This document shows positions 30,454 to 40,521 of a stretch of DNA of 64,000 bases, one piece after another. Each line of letters opens with the position of its first letter. Position 1 is the stretch's first letter. Source of the stretch: Myxococcota bacterium (lineage in GTDB: Bacteria; Myxococcota_A; SURF-8); contig CAXXQS010000001.1 in the NCBI GenBank assembly GCA_963674735.2, forward strand, positions 320,001 through 384,000, given 5' to 3'. Both the position numbers and the translations under genes were made by a program. The notes beneath the pieces were generated by a model. The model saw nothing but the letters and a program-made list of their open reading frames with translations, was not told the origin of the DNA and did not search any database.

Positions 30454-31419
30454 GTGACGGAACGCAATATTCTGATCATCGATGACTCGATTACCATCCT
30501 CCAGGGCATCAAACTCGTGCTCAAGCAGGCGGAGCTATTCGACCACTATTTCGAAGCTCGATCGGCCGCTGAAGGGATGAAAATTCTGAACGAAAATCCG
30601 GTGGATGTGATTCTGTGCGATATCATCATGCCGGGAATGGATGGCTTTGAGTTTTTGAGCGAGGTCAAGGCTCGGGAAAAGTACATGGATATCCCCGTTA
30701 TTCTCTTGACTGGCCAGGAAGCGCTGGACAAGAAAATAAAGGGGCTTGATATGGGGGCGTCGGATTATGTCACCAAGCCTTTCGACCCCGACGAACTGAT
30801 CGCGCGCGTGCAGGTGCAGACGAAAGTCAAGCGGTTGCAGGACGAACTGAAGTTGGCCAAACAGCGGTACAAAGAACTCTCCATCACCGACTATCTCACC
30901 CAGATCCACAACCGGCGGCATTTCATGGAACTGTTCGACCGGGAATTTTCTCGCGCCACCCGTTACCTGTACGACTTGTCGCTGGTCATTTTCGATCTCG
31001 ATAACTTCAAAATGGTCAACGATACTTATGGACATTTGCAGGGTGATCGGGTGTTGAAGGGCGTGGCTGACGGGGTTAAATCCGAAATTCGTAGCCATGA
31101 TGTCTTTGCCCGCTATGGGGGCGAGGAATTCATTTTGCTGCTTCCCCAGACGCCGCTCAAAGGCGCCAGCCTGGTGGCCGAAAAAATCCGACGCAACATT
31201 GCCGAAACAAGCATCGACGGAATGGCCATCGGGGATGTCACGATTTCAATCGGCGTGGCCAGCTACCCAAACAGCCGAGTTAAAGACAGTCACAGTCTCA
31301 TCAGTCTGGCGGACGAGGCGATGTACAACGCAAAGACGAACGGTAAAAACCGCGTGGAGGTCGCCGAATCCCTTCCCGAATCGGCGGATGATTCGTCCGC
31401 CAATGTGCAAAAGGACTGA
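30454..31419 (+). CDS. REC-GGDEF diguanylate cyclase (WspR/PleD-like)
   Basis: IIDDS, CDIIMP, KPF; DLDNFKMVNDTYGH, I-site RSHD, RYGGEEF. Confidence 0.94.
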   Translation: MTERNILIIDDSITILQGIKLVLKQAELFDHYFEARSAAEGMKILNENPVDVILCDIIMPGMDGFEFLSEVKAREKYMDIPVILLTGQEALDKKIKGLDMGASDYVTKPFDPDELIARVQVQTKVKRLQDELKLAKQRYKELSITDYLTQIHNRRHFMELFDREFSRATRYLYDLSLVIFDLDNFKMVNDTYGHLQGDRVLKGVADGVKSEIRSHDVFARYGGEEFILLLPQTPLKGASLVAEKIRRNIAETSIDGMAIGDVTISIGVASYPNSRVKDSHSLISLADEAMYNAKTNGKNRVEVAESLPESADDSSANVQKD

Positions 31420-31682
31420 GCGCAGGTATTCTTTCGGCCTCCGCTTGTCTTTCTATCTCTCCAATATTTTACGTTGAAAACCGATCTTCCGCTTGGCCGA
31501 TCCGGCCCTTGCCTCATCCGATTCTTGTCGCGAATGCGTGAAAAATCCCACCCGGGATAACTCTTCAAGCGAATTATCACTTCCTCCCGCATGTCTTTGC
31601 TTGTGAAAAAAGTGGGAGAAGAGGCCCTGCGAATAGATGCGAGGGATGGGATCCACTATCCGAGGAAGGGAGAAAAATCCAC

Positions 31683-31710
31683 AAAAAAAGCCCCCGCGTT
31701 TGCGGGGGCT
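31683..31710 (-). terminator. Rho-independent terminator of the Cys-rich lipoprotein gene
   Basis: AGCCCCCGC-GTTT-GCGGGGGCT stem next to an A7 tract (U tract on the minus strand). Confidence 0.8.
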
Positions 31711-31737
31711 CGTTGGAACATGATGATACAGAGGTGC

Positions 31738-32799
31738 TTACAGGCAAGTGCCCATCAGGCAGGTGCCGCTGCAGCAGGTGTCCACGCCTTCGATGCAGGA
31801 GGCGTTGGCCGGCAGGCAGCTCGAACCGGAGCGTTCGCCGTCGCCATCGACGGGGACATCTTCACAGAGGAAGCAAGTGGCGGCGCTGCAAGTCTGGTTC
31901 GCGCCACAGGTGGGGCATTGCAGCGGTACGCACGTATCGCCCAAGCAGGCCTGACCTTCGGCGCAGGGCGGAATGCAGGGGCTGCCGCAGTACCAGAAGT
32001 CTTCGTTGAAGTTGCAGAACTGGCTCGCCGTGCATCCATCGCAGCACTCACAGTAGCCGTTGTTCGGGTTGCAGGTGCCCCAATCGCAACCGCTGACCGT
32101 GCAGTTCTCGATGCAAACGCCGCCGGGGCCACAAACCATGTCGCCGGGGCAGTCGCCGCTGGTGTCGCAAGTTGAGCTGTCGCCGTCGGGGGTGTCGCCG
32201 TCGGTATCGTCACCGTCGGTATTGTCGCCGTCGGTGCTCGGATCGGTGTCGGTTTTGTCGGTGTCGACATCGCCGTCGGGATCTTCGGTGCAGACCGGAA
32301 CCTGACCTTCACAGGTGAGGGAATCGGGGTTGCAACGCTGACCCGGCCAGCAGTCGCGCGAATTCTGGCAATCCGGATATTTTTCTTCGCATTTGCCGAG
32401 ACAGCAGAAGCAGCTGACATCGCCGCAGTTGGCGTCGGTCAGGCAGGCTTTGCCAACACAGGTGCCAGCAGGCTCATCGGTGCTATCGGTGTCGCCATCG
32501 GTGCCACCACCGGGGATGCATTTGCCGATGCCGTCAACGGAATCCGGCGCGATGTAACAGGAGTAATCCTCAGGGCAGTCAAGGTCCGACTGACAGGGGC
32601 CAGCTTTGGGGTCGACGGCGCAAACGCCTTCGGTGGCCAAGCAGCTATAACCCTCGGGGCAATCCTCATGGACGGCACAGGGGACAGGATCGGTTTCGTC
32701 GCCCGAGCTTCCATCATCGCTGCATTGCACCAGGAACACACTCGACGTGAGTGTCAGCACCAAGGCAAAAAACAACGCGCTTCTCCGCATCAACTTCAT
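31738..32799 (-). CDS. Cysteine-rich secreted lipoprotein with DGD linkers
   Basis: AGGAG RBS, lipobox LVQC, about 49 Cys by hand count in C-x5-C-x5-C modules. Confidence 0.8.
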   Translation of the reverse strand: MKLMRRSALFFALVLTLTSSVFLVQCSDDGSSGDETDPVPCAVHEDCPEGYSCLATEGVCAVDPKAGPCQSDLDCPEDYSCYIAPDSVDGIGKCIPGGGTDGDTDSTDEPAGTCVGKACLTDANCGDVSCFCCLGKCEEKYPDCQNSRDCWPGQRCNPDSLTCEGQVPVCTEDPDGDVDTDKTDTDPSTDGDNTDGDDTDGDTPDGDSSTCDTSGDCPGDMVCGPGGVCIENCTVSGCDWGTCNPNNGYCECCDGCTASQFCNFNEDFWYCGSPCIPPCAEGQACLGDTCVPLQCPTCGANQTCSAATCFLCEDVPVDGDGERSGSSCLPANASCIEGVDTCCSGTCLMGTCL

Positions 32800-33120
32800 C
32801 ACTCTTCTCCTTCTGGCTGAAAGTACCAGGGAAAAACAAGAACTTCCCAGCAAACCCGTGGCGAGCTCATTAGGCACTTTATCTTGCTTATTATAGAAAA
32901 GTTTGCTTTCGAGTCAAGCATTATTATTAATGCTTTTCCAATTGCGACACGTTCAAAGTTCGCTTTACGCATTGAGTCAACCGTCACGGTTATACAAAGC
33001 TTGTCCAACCATTTGTAACATGTTAAAAAAAGAGATGGAAAAGGCAAGCTATTAATTGTAATCAACTGTTACCTGCTTCGGGGTTCGAGGCAGGCAACAT
33101 GGTTTTCATTACAGAACGGA

Positions 33121-33492
33121 GTGGACGTGGAACTCACCGGCAAACAAAAGCATCACTTACGCGCCCTTGGCCACCATCTCGATCCTGTGGTCTGGCTGGG
33201 TAAAAACGGTCTCGACGCTCCCCAGCTTGATTTCATCGATCAAGCGCTGTGGGATCACGAATTGATCAAGGTCAAAGTCGGGAAATCGGCTCCTTTCGAT
33301 GTAAAAGAAATGATCGAGATTGTCGAAGCCGAAACCGGAGCGCTCTGTGTGCAGAAAATCGGTAAACTGGGTATGTTTTTCCGTCCCAATGCCGACGAGC
33401 CGAAGATCCGCGTCCCGGGTTTCAAGGCCGATCCCGCTTCGCTTGTGCGTCCGCGTCTGCGAGCCTCGGAAAACCCCTCCCAGGGAGAATAG
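33121..33492 (+). CDS. yhbY: YhbY/CRM RNA-binding protein
   Basis: LTGKQKHHLRALGHHLDPVVWLGKNG, HELIKVK, VQKIGK. Confidence 0.9.
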   Translation: MDVELTGKQKHHLRALGHHLDPVVWLGKNGLDAPQLDFIDQALWDHELIKVKVGKSAPFDVKEMIEIVEAETGALCVQKIGKLGMFFRPNADEPKIRVPGFKADPASLVRPRLRASENPSQGE

Positions 33493-33575
33493 AAATAGGA
33501 AATTCTTTCGTATTGGCAGATACTTCGATTCCTGGTACCATGGCGTGATCGCGGATCAAACACCAGGAGGGACGC

Positions 33576-34352
33576 ATGCCGGAGGTCCGTTTCGAGAAAA
33601 ATGACGGGGTGGCGACGCTGACCATCGATCGCGCCGACCGCCGTAACGCCATCACGCAGGCGGTGGTCAATCAACTTCGCGCCGGATTGATGCGTGCCAG
33701 CCACGACAACGACATCCGTCTGGTGGTTCTCACCGGGGCTGGGGAGACCGTTTTCTGTGCAGGAGGCGATCTGGGCCGCGAAACCGCCGATGCGGGAACC
33801 ATCAGTCGCTACAACGCCAACCACGAATTGATGGAATTCCTCAACGATCTTAGGTTGTTGAACAAACCGAGCATTGCGCGGGTGAATGGGCATGCGTTGG
33901 GGGCGGGTTTGGCGATTCTGTTGGCCTGCGATTTGGCCGTGGCGGTGGAGGATGCCCGCCTGGGCTGTCCCGAACTCAAGGTCGGCGTGTTTCCCATGCT
34001 CACCGCCGCACTGCTTAGCCGCAGCACCGGTCCGAAAAAAGCCTTCGAGTTGATGCTGACCGGGCAGCAGATTACGGCCGTCGAGGCTGAACGGATGGGC
34101 TTGCTCAACCATGCGGTGGCGCGTGCCGATCTCGATATCAAGTTACAGGAATTGCTCAGTCGCGTCGGAGATTTCTCGCCGGTGGCCGTGCGCCTGGGGC
34201 GCGAAGCGTTCGTGCGGCAGACGGACATGAGCCTGCCCGATGCCTATAGCTATTTGCTTTCACAGTTGACGCTCAACTTACAAACCGAGGACGCCAAAGA
34301 AGGCGTGCAGGCCTTTTTGCAGAAACGGAAGCCGGAATGGAAGGGACGCTAG
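33576..34352 (+). CDS. Enoyl-CoA hydratase/isomerase (crotonase family)
   Basis: RRNA, FCAGGDL, VNGHALGAG, PELKVG, DAKEGVQAFLQKRKPEW. Confidence 0.92.
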   Translation: MPEVRFEKNDGVATLTIDRADRRNAITQAVVNQLRAGLMRASHDNDIRLVVLTGAGETVFCAGGDLGRETADAGTISRYNANHELMEFLNDLRLLNKPSIARVNGHALGAGLAILLACDLAVAVEDARLGCPELKVGVFPMLTAALLSRSTGPKKAFELMLTGQQITAVEAERMGLLNHAVARADLDIKLQELLSRVGDFSPVAVRLGREAFVRQTDMSLPDAYSYLLSQLTLNLQTEDAKEGVQAFLQKRKPEWKGR

Positions 34353-34735
34353 AGAACGCCCTGTGGTGGCAGATCCTCAAGATCGCGCTGTTTATGGGTG
34401 GGGCGGTTTTCGCGATTCGCTACGTGCGGCGCTGGCTGTTCCCGGACAAGGGCCCGCCCAAGCCGCCGGAACCGCCGCGCGCGTGGCAAAACGGGCGTCC
34501 GGTGACACCCGAAATCCTCACGGCCGGACAACGGGTCATGCGCGATGACGGGCTGTGGTTCGTCTACCTGCGAAAAGCCGAGCCCGATGAGTTTCGTGAA
34601 GGAATCGAGGAGTGGTTGTTTCATCCGCCCGGGCAGGAACGCGAATTTTGGGTGGGCTTGACCCGCGATGAATTTGTCGATCTGCGCCTTGTCGATATCG
34701 ATGCCGACCCGCCTTCCGGTGAACCGGCCCCGTAA
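34337..34735 (+). CDS. Hypothetical protein with N-terminal TM
   Basis: Overlaps the upstream gene, one hydrophobic helix then a Pro-rich linker; operon context. Confidence 0.6.
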   Translation: MEGTLENALWWQILKIALFMGGAVFAIRYVRRWLFPDKGPPKPPEPPRAWQNGRPVTPEILTAGQRVMRDDGLWFVYLRKAEPDEFREGIEEWLFHPPGQEREFWVGLTRDEFVDLRLVDIDADPPSGEPAP

Positions 34736-34743
34736 TCGGGAGA

Positions 34744-35340
34744 ATGCCTGTGCCTAAAAGCTCAAGTTCGAAGTCTCGCAGCGCTGCGGCCAAACCGACC
34801 GGAAAACGCCTGTCCATCCGCTACGCCCGGCCGGGCGAAATGGAGGACGTGTGGCGGTTGGATCTGTTTAACCTGAAAGAAAACTGGGATTTGCATCCCG
34901 CCACCGGCGGTCCGCCTTCGCTACTACAGGTGGCCGAACGCCACGTCGAAAGCGTGCGCAGTTGGTTCGACCCTTCCATTCACCGTATGCTGGTGGCCGT
35001 TCGCGATGAACGCATCATCGGGTTGGTGTGGTACTCGCTGCAGCAGGACCGGCTGTTCGACTTTCCCTGCGCGTTCGTCTATTCGGTCGTGGTGCATCCC
35101 AAGTATCGCCGCCAAGGCATCGCCCGCCGCATGTTGAACGAAGTGCGTCGCCGGGCCTACAAAGGCGGCGCGAAATACATGCGGTTGGCGGTTCTGCACA
35201 ACAACAACCGCGCCATGAATCTTTACCGCAACCTGGGGTTTTTCGAGGAAACGCACTACCTGCTGGCACGTCTCGAACCCACCGGCCCCGAAAAAGCCAA
35301 GCAGGAAGCGGCGGAGAAGAAGCGGAAGACAGGAAAATAG
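34744..35340 (+). CDS. GNAT family acetyltransferase
   Basis: VVVHPKYRRQGIA, NNRAMNLYRNLGF. Confidence 0.9.
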   Translation: MPVPKSSSSKSRSAAAKPTGKRLSIRYARPGEMEDVWRLDLFNLKENWDLHPATGGPPSLLQVAERHVESVRSWFDPSIHRMLVAVRDERIIGLVWYSLQQDRLFDFPCAFVYSVVVHPKYRRQGIARRMLNEVRRRAYKGGAKYMRLAVLHNNNRAMNLYRNLGFFEETHYLLARLEPTGPEKAKQEAAEKKRKTGK

Positions 35341-35385
35341 TCGAAAGAAGGCGATTGCCTGCTTCTCTCCCCATACATTTTCCCT

Positions 35386-38091
35386 CTAAAAATCGATGTT
35401 GTCGCCGGTGTGCGGGTCCACCGGACGCGAGAGCGGCCAAGCGGCGAACTCGCCGGTGTAGAGAAAACGGTAGGCCGCCATCGTGCGTAGAACTTTTTTC
35501 ACGTATTCGCGGGTCTGTTTGAATTCGATCGATTCGATGAACTCGTCCCATTCCTGGGTGGGGTAGCGCTCAAGCCAGGTTTCCACGTTGTGCGGTCCGC
35601 CGTTGTAGGCCGCCGCCGCCAGCGGAATCTGGCGCTGGAACTTGACCAGCAGTTGTCCCAGATACCACGTTCCATATTGGATACTGGTTTCGCGGTCGAA
35701 GAGTCGGGCGCGGTTGAAGCCGGGATCGGGCATGGCGGCGGCGATGCGGTCGCCGGTATGCGGCATGATCTGCATCAGCCCACGCGCACTCATATACGAC
35801 TCGGCTAGGGGCGAAAAGTGGCTTTCGGTGCGCATGATGGACAACACGAAATCATCGGGGACGTCGTAAGCTTCGGCCCAGGTTTTCACCGAGTCGGGAT
35901 AGGCGGCGGGATACCACATGCGGCGGCGCGTCTCCCAGGCGATGCGCTGGCGCTCGCGGCTATCGAGGAAGCGTGTAAAAAGTCGGAAGGCGGCCGCATT
36001 GTCCGCGTTACCCAATGCCGCCCCGATCAGATCGAAAAAGACTTTTCCCGGCAGTTGATCCAAAGCGGCGAGACGGTCCTCGCCCAATTTTAGAGTAATG
36101 TCCGGGTGGGCGCGGTTGGGACGCTGGGCGGTTTCGATGTGGTCGAGCAGACGTTTGAAGGCCTGGCGAGATTCTTCCGTCAAACCGAGACGTTGCCAAG
36201 CCAGGGCGCGTCGCAGATCGGGGAGAAGCGTTTCCAGTTGTTCGGCGTCCGAGCGCAGGCGGCGGTCGCGTCCACGGCTCAGGCGGTTCCATCGGTCGGT
36301 CAGCTCGATTTGGCGTTCGGCAAAACCGCGCCGCAGGTCGGTCAGGGAATAGGGCGGGCGATTCTCCGCTGCGGCCAGTTCCGTCTGCCAGGCTTCGTCT
36401 CGCTGTTTGTGCAAGCGGTTGACTTCTGCATCGGCCACCGGTTCGGCTGCGACGGCGTCGAGTTTGACCGGTTGTAGATCGCCCGGGACCGCATGCAGGG
36501 TATCGGGCGTCGTCATTTCATGCAGTCGAGACAGGGCGGCCAGCCGGTAATAGTTGAACAGTCCGCTTCCGGCGAGATGGACGTAATAGCTTTTCGCTCG
36601 ACCGAGTTCACCTTGGATATGATGGATGCGCCCGATCCAGTAGAGACAGGCATGTGCATAAGCGCTGCCGCCGTTTTGTTTCCGTAATTCGCGAAAACGG
36701 GCCAGGGCTTCGTCGTAGCGGCCTACACGGAAGGCGAACCAGCCTCTGAACCAGAGCGCTTTACGGGCGAAAGGACTGCGCGGATTGTCCCGCATGACTT
36801 GCGCCAGCAGGCGTTCGGCGTCGTCGAAACGTTGTGGCAGGTGCCCCAGAAGCCAACCCGCCATGAATTCCGCCTCGACTTTTTCCGAGTTGTTCAATTC
36901 CTGAGCGAGTGCGGTGTATTGGCGACTGGCCTCCTCCAGACGGTTCAAGCGGCCAAACGCCTTTGCGATGAGCTTCCGCACCTGCGGACCGCGTTTGGGG
37001 GGTAGATCGGGGGAACGATTCAAGGCATCGAGCACCGCGAGAGCGTCGTCGTAACGTTGAAGGTTGAAGTAGACGCGCGCCTTTGTGACGGCCAGCTCGT
37101 GCAGCGAGTCCAAGTCCAGGTCGAGGGTCCGCGCGGCCAGACGGCGTTCGGCGCGTTCGATCAGCGCCAGCGATTCTTCATTGGCGTAGATGCGGCGAAG
37201 TTGGTCGGCCAAAGCGGTCAAGGCGGGGCCGTCTTCCGGGTCGAAAGACAGACCTTCCGCCTCCAACTGCACGATACGGTTGCGAAGCTTCCCGTTGCCG
37301 CGAGAATTGGGGACGAAGCGGTTGATGCGACGTAAAACGGCGATTTCGTGCTTCAGGTCTCCCTTTTGACGGTAGGCGCGGGCGCGGGCCCAACGCAAGT
37401 CGTCAACCAACGGGTGGGACGTGCTCCAGAATTCGGAGTAGCGCTTTTCAAATTGGATGGAACGATAAATGACGGTATCGGCGTGCTTCATGGCCAACAG
37501 GCAATCCAGTTCCTTGACCTGAGCGTCGAATAGATGCGGGCGTTCCCACAATTGTGGATCGGCGTTCACGCTCCAATCTGCGGGCAGGTTGGAAATCCGC
37601 CGGTAGTGGCGGCGCGCGGCGGGGTAGTTTTGCAAGCGGAAATAAGCTTCGGCGGCCATGTAGTGCAAGTCGAAAGAGAGATTGCCGAATTTGGAGGTGC
37701 TGGGTTCCAGCCAACGGACGGCCTCCGCATCGCGTCCTTGTCGGATGGCGGCATAGGCCAGCAGTAAGCGGCTGCGATGATTCCAGTTTTTGGCATGGGG
37801 GCTTTCGCGCAGATGAAGTAGGCGGCGCTCGACGGCGTCCCAGGCCTGGCGGCGCACGAGGTCAAGGGTGTTTTCATAAAGCGTCGAGACGTCACGCGGG
37901 CCGTGTTTGGCGGGCAGTCGCCACGAGGGAGCGAGAATATCCGCCTCGGGCATATGTGCGCTTGGTTCGATAGCCGCTGTTGTGGGTGGAACGGGACCGG
38001 CCGTGCGGCGACCGGCTGTTTGCCCGGCTGCCTCGAAAGTCGAGCCCAGTAGCAGGACGGCCAGCAGAAAAAGGATCGGCAGTCGCGACAT
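35386..38091 (-). CDS. Soluble lytic murein transglycosylase with TPR domains (Slt70-like)
   Basis: Signal peptide, TPRs, IMRTESHF, ARGLMQIMP, AAYNGG, TREYVKKV. Confidence 0.9.
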   Translation of the reverse strand: MSRLPILFLLAVLLLGSTFEAAGQTAGRRTAGPVPPTTAAIEPSAHMPEADILAPSWRLPAKHGPRDVSTLYENTLDLVRRQAWDAVERRLLHLRESPHAKNWNHRSRLLLAYAAIRQGRDAEAVRWLEPSTSKFGNLSFDLHYMAAEAYFRLQNYPAARRHYRRISNLPADWSVNADPQLWERPHLFDAQVKELDCLLAMKHADTVIYRSIQFEKRYSEFWSTSHPLVDDLRWARARAYRQKGDLKHEIAVLRRINRFVPNSRGNGKLRNRIVQLEAEGLSFDPEDGPALTALADQLRRIYANEESLALIERAERRLAARTLDLDLDSLHELAVTKARVYFNLQRYDDALAVLDALNRSPDLPPKRGPQVRKLIAKAFGRLNRLEEASRQYTALAQELNNSEKVEAEFMAGWLLGHLPQRFDDAERLLAQVMRDNPRSPFARKALWFRGWFAFRVGRYDEALARFRELRKQNGGSAYAHACLYWIGRIHHIQGELGRAKSYYVHLAGSGLFNYYRLAALSRLHEMTTPDTLHAVPGDLQPVKLDAVAAEPVADAEVNRLHKQRDEAWQTELAAAENRPPYSLTDLRRGFAERQIELTDRWNRLSRGRDRRLRSDAEQLETLLPDLRRALAWQRLGLTEESRQAFKRLLDHIETAQRPNRAHPDITLKLGEDRLAALDQLPGKVFFDLIGAALGNADNAAAFRLFTRFLDSRERQRIAWETRRRMWYPAAYPDSVKTWAEAYDVPDDFVLSIMRTESHFSPLAESYMSARGLMQIMPHTGDRIAAAMPDPGFNRARLFDRETSIQYGTWYLGQLLVKFQRQIPLAAAAYNGGPHNVETWLERYPTQEWDEFIESIEFKQTREYVKKVLRTMAAYRFLYTGEFAAWPLSRPVDPHTGDNIDF

Positions 38092-38092
38092 A

Positions 38093-38539
38093 TCAGGCTT
38101 TTCCCTCGATGGTATCTTTGAACTGTTGCAGCATGGCCGGTAGGCTGAAATCGACCAGCTTGGTGGAGACGATTCGTGGCATCAGTCCTTTGATTTTCAA
38201 TTCCTGGATGTAGGTAGCGCGCGTGATTTGGCGGTTCAGGGTTTCCAGCTCCCATCCTCCTTCGACTTTCTTCAGCCAGTTGCTGTCGACCAGCGTCCAG
38301 TGCAGGCGGCGAAACGGTTCTTCGACGATGCGCAAGGTGTAGATGATCGTCAGTTTGAACAGATTCAGTTCGAAGGTGACCACTTTTACGTGTTCCTGGC
38401 GGTCCACGATTTCGACTCGGGTAACATCCGGAAGAAAATCGGGATAGCGCGCATAGTCCGTTATGGCGTGGAAAACGGACTCCGCCGTCGCATGAATGTC
38501 GATAGAGCGGCGCGCTTGCGGCATCTGGTTCAACCTCAT
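38093..38539 (-). CDS. SRPBCC/polyketide cyclase-like protein (RatA-like)
   Basis: ITDYARYPDFLP, WTLVDS...EGGW; start uncertain (38524 or 38539). Confidence 0.8.
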   Translation of the reverse strand: MRLNQMPQARRSIDIHATAESVFHAITDYARYPDFLPDVTRVEIVDRQEHVKVVTFELNLFKLTIIYTLRIVEEPFRRLHWTLVDSNWLKKVEGGWELETLNRQITRATYIQELKIKGLMPRIVSTKLVDFSLPAMLQQFKDTIEGKA

Positions 38540-38749
38540 TAACGAATCGTCGAGTTCTAAACCCATCGGGAGAATACCAAAGGCGGGCAATTAAAACAAG
38601 GCTGCGGTAAGTTCAATTGTTGTCTTTTTTATCCCGTGCAACAACGGTCGGCATTTTGGATGTGTTACGGTTTACGCGTGTCTTTTGACAGGGTTCCGCT
38701 GCTCGCTGCCATATCTGGAATAATTTCAAGAAAATTCTGATCATTGGGG

Positions 38750-38779
38750 TTGACCTCCATTGGGCATGTTGTGTAAACT
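38750..38779 (+). promoter_or_regulatory. Possible sigma70 promoter of the erythrin/respiratory operon
   Basis: TTGACC-18 bp-TAAACT. Confidence 0.45.
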
Positions 38780-38848
38780 CCCTAAAAACGTAGTCATGCA
38801 AAGTGTTTACATGTGATTTCTAAACGGAAACCCTAGGTTGCGAGGTGT

Positions 38849-39307
38849 GTGATGGACATGGCGCAGATGGATGTTCTGTTTCAGCGAGCGATTCGGAGCG
38901 AGCAGGAGGCACATCGGTTTTATGCCGGTGTGATCGAGCGCGTCGACAATCCGACGGTGAAAGATATCTTTCGGCGCTTGGCGGAACAGGAAAAGGGTCA
39001 CGAGGAACTGCTCTGGAAGATGAAAGGGGATCCCACGCTGACCCATAAGATGACCGCCCCACCTGATTACAAGGTGGCTGAATCGGTCGAGTTGCCGGAG
39101 CTCAGCTTTGATATGAAACCGGCGGACGCCATTGCCCTGGCCATGAAAAAGGAACAGGAAGCGGTGGAATTTTATACCGGTATGGCGCAGTTGTTCGACG
39201 ATCCCGAAATGGTCAGTGTTTACCAGAATCTGGCCAATATGGAACTTGGGCACAAGCATCAGCTTGAAAAAGCCTTTGTCGATATCGGGTATCCGGAAGT
39301 CTGGTAG
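38849..39307 (+). CDS. Ferritin-like diiron protein (rubrerythrin family, no rubredoxin domain) 1
   Basis: AIRSE...FY...EQEKGH and AMKKE...FY...MELGH. Confidence 0.88.
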   Translation: MMDMAQMDVLFQRAIRSEQEAHRFYAGVIERVDNPTVKDIFRRLAEQEKGHEELLWKMKGDPTLTHKMTAPPDYKVAESVELPELSFDMKPADAIALAMKKEQEAVEFYTGMAQLFDDPEMVSVYQNLANMELGHKHQLEKAFVDIGYPEVW

Positions 39308-39339
39308 GCTGTGATCGCCTTGACACCTGTGAGGAACGC

Positions 39340-39837
39340 ATGAGCAAACGAATCAATATTTTGGAGGTCTACCGGACCGCCGAGCGAATCGAAGAAAACG
39401 GCGGTCGCTTTTATCGTCAGGCCGCCGAAATGGCCAGGGATGAAAACACCCGTCGCCTGTTGAGCAACCTGGCCGCCATGGAGGATGACCACGCCGCGAC
39501 CTTCGCCGATATGCGCGCGAAGCTGGAAGAGGAGAAGCTCGATCCGGCATCGTTCGACCTCAGCGAAACCAACAGTGCTTTCATGGAAGCTTTAACGTCG
39601 CAAAGCGTGTTCGACATGAGCGAGGACGCCACTGAACTAGCCTTGAAATCGGCGTCCATCGACGACATCCTGCATCTGGCGATCCAGCGGGAAAAGGATT
39701 CGGTCGTGTACTATATGGGGATTCGCGATCATATCCCCGAAAATTGGGGAATAGATCGTATCAGTTCGATAATCCAAGAGGAAATGGACCACGTTGCCAT
39801 GTTGAGCCAGGCTCTCACGAATATTTATCACATATAA
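39340..39837 (+). CDS. Ferritin-like diiron protein 2
   Basis: AERIEENGGRFY...MEDDH and AIQREKDSVVYY...EEMDH. Confidence 0.88.
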   Translation: MSKRINILEVYRTAERIEENGGRFYRQAAEMARDENTRRLLSNLAAMEDDHAATFADMRAKLEEEKLDPASFDLSETNSAFMEALTSQSVFDMSEDATELALKSASIDDILHLAIQREKDSVVYYMGIRDHIPENWGIDRISSIIQEEMDHVAMLSQALTNIYHI

Positions 39838-39949
39838 GCATCCGGGTGCCGGAGCGCGGGTGGCCGAAGTCCGATTTCCGGTAGTGTGTTGGATGCTCGA
39901 TTGAGACGGCGTGGGTATGAATGGATAGGCCGATAACGGAGGTTCTTGA

Positions 39950-40462
39950 ATGGATGCGAGCACGCAACTTGTTCTGGACGGATTGGCGGAAGCGATCAAA
40001 GCGGAAAATGAAGGGCACCATTTCTATCGGATGGCGGCCATGACCACCCAGGACCCGCAGGGCAAGGAAGTTTTCACCGAGTTGGCCGAAGATGAGCTGG
40101 TTCATATGCGTTTTCTGGAAACGCAGGCCAGTATTATCCGTTCGACCGGCAAGGCCGATGCCAACACGCAGTTGCATGACCCCGATACCAAAAAGGGCGG
40201 CAGCCCCATTTTCTCCGATGCGATTAAAGATCGTATCGACGAGGCCCATTTTGAAATGACCGTCCTCTCGGTGGGGATGCAACTTGAAATGAGTGCGCAG
40301 AAATTTTATCGGGAACGCGCCGCCGAAGCCGTCGACCCGGTGGTCAAAAGGTTTTACGCCAAATTGGAAGCCTGGGAAGCCGGGCATTACGATGCGTTGT
40401 CGGCCCAGCAGGACATGTTGAAAGAGGCCTATTGGGCGGCGAACGGTTTTTCGCCGATGTAA
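39950..40462 (+). CDS. Ferritin-like diiron protein 3
   Basis: AIKAENEGHHFY...DELVH and LEMSAQKFY...WEAGH; C-terminal YWAANGFSPM. Confidence 0.88.
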   Translation: MDASTQLVLDGLAEAIKAENEGHHFYRMAAMTTQDPQGKEVFTELAEDELVHMRFLETQASIIRSTGKADANTQLHDPDTKKGGSPIFSDAIKDRIDEAHFEMTVLSVGMQLEMSAQKFYRERAAEAVDPVVKRFYAKLEAWEAGHYDALSAQQDMLKEAYWAANGFSPM

Positions 40463-40521
40463 CGGCATCGGCTGCCACAATACGATCCGATATACGAATG
40501 ACTGCGGAAGGGGTAAGGAGC

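Noticed and set aside
38849-40462. Encapsulin cargo system
   Set aside because: No encapsulin shell gene in the window and no recognisable C-terminal targeting peptide
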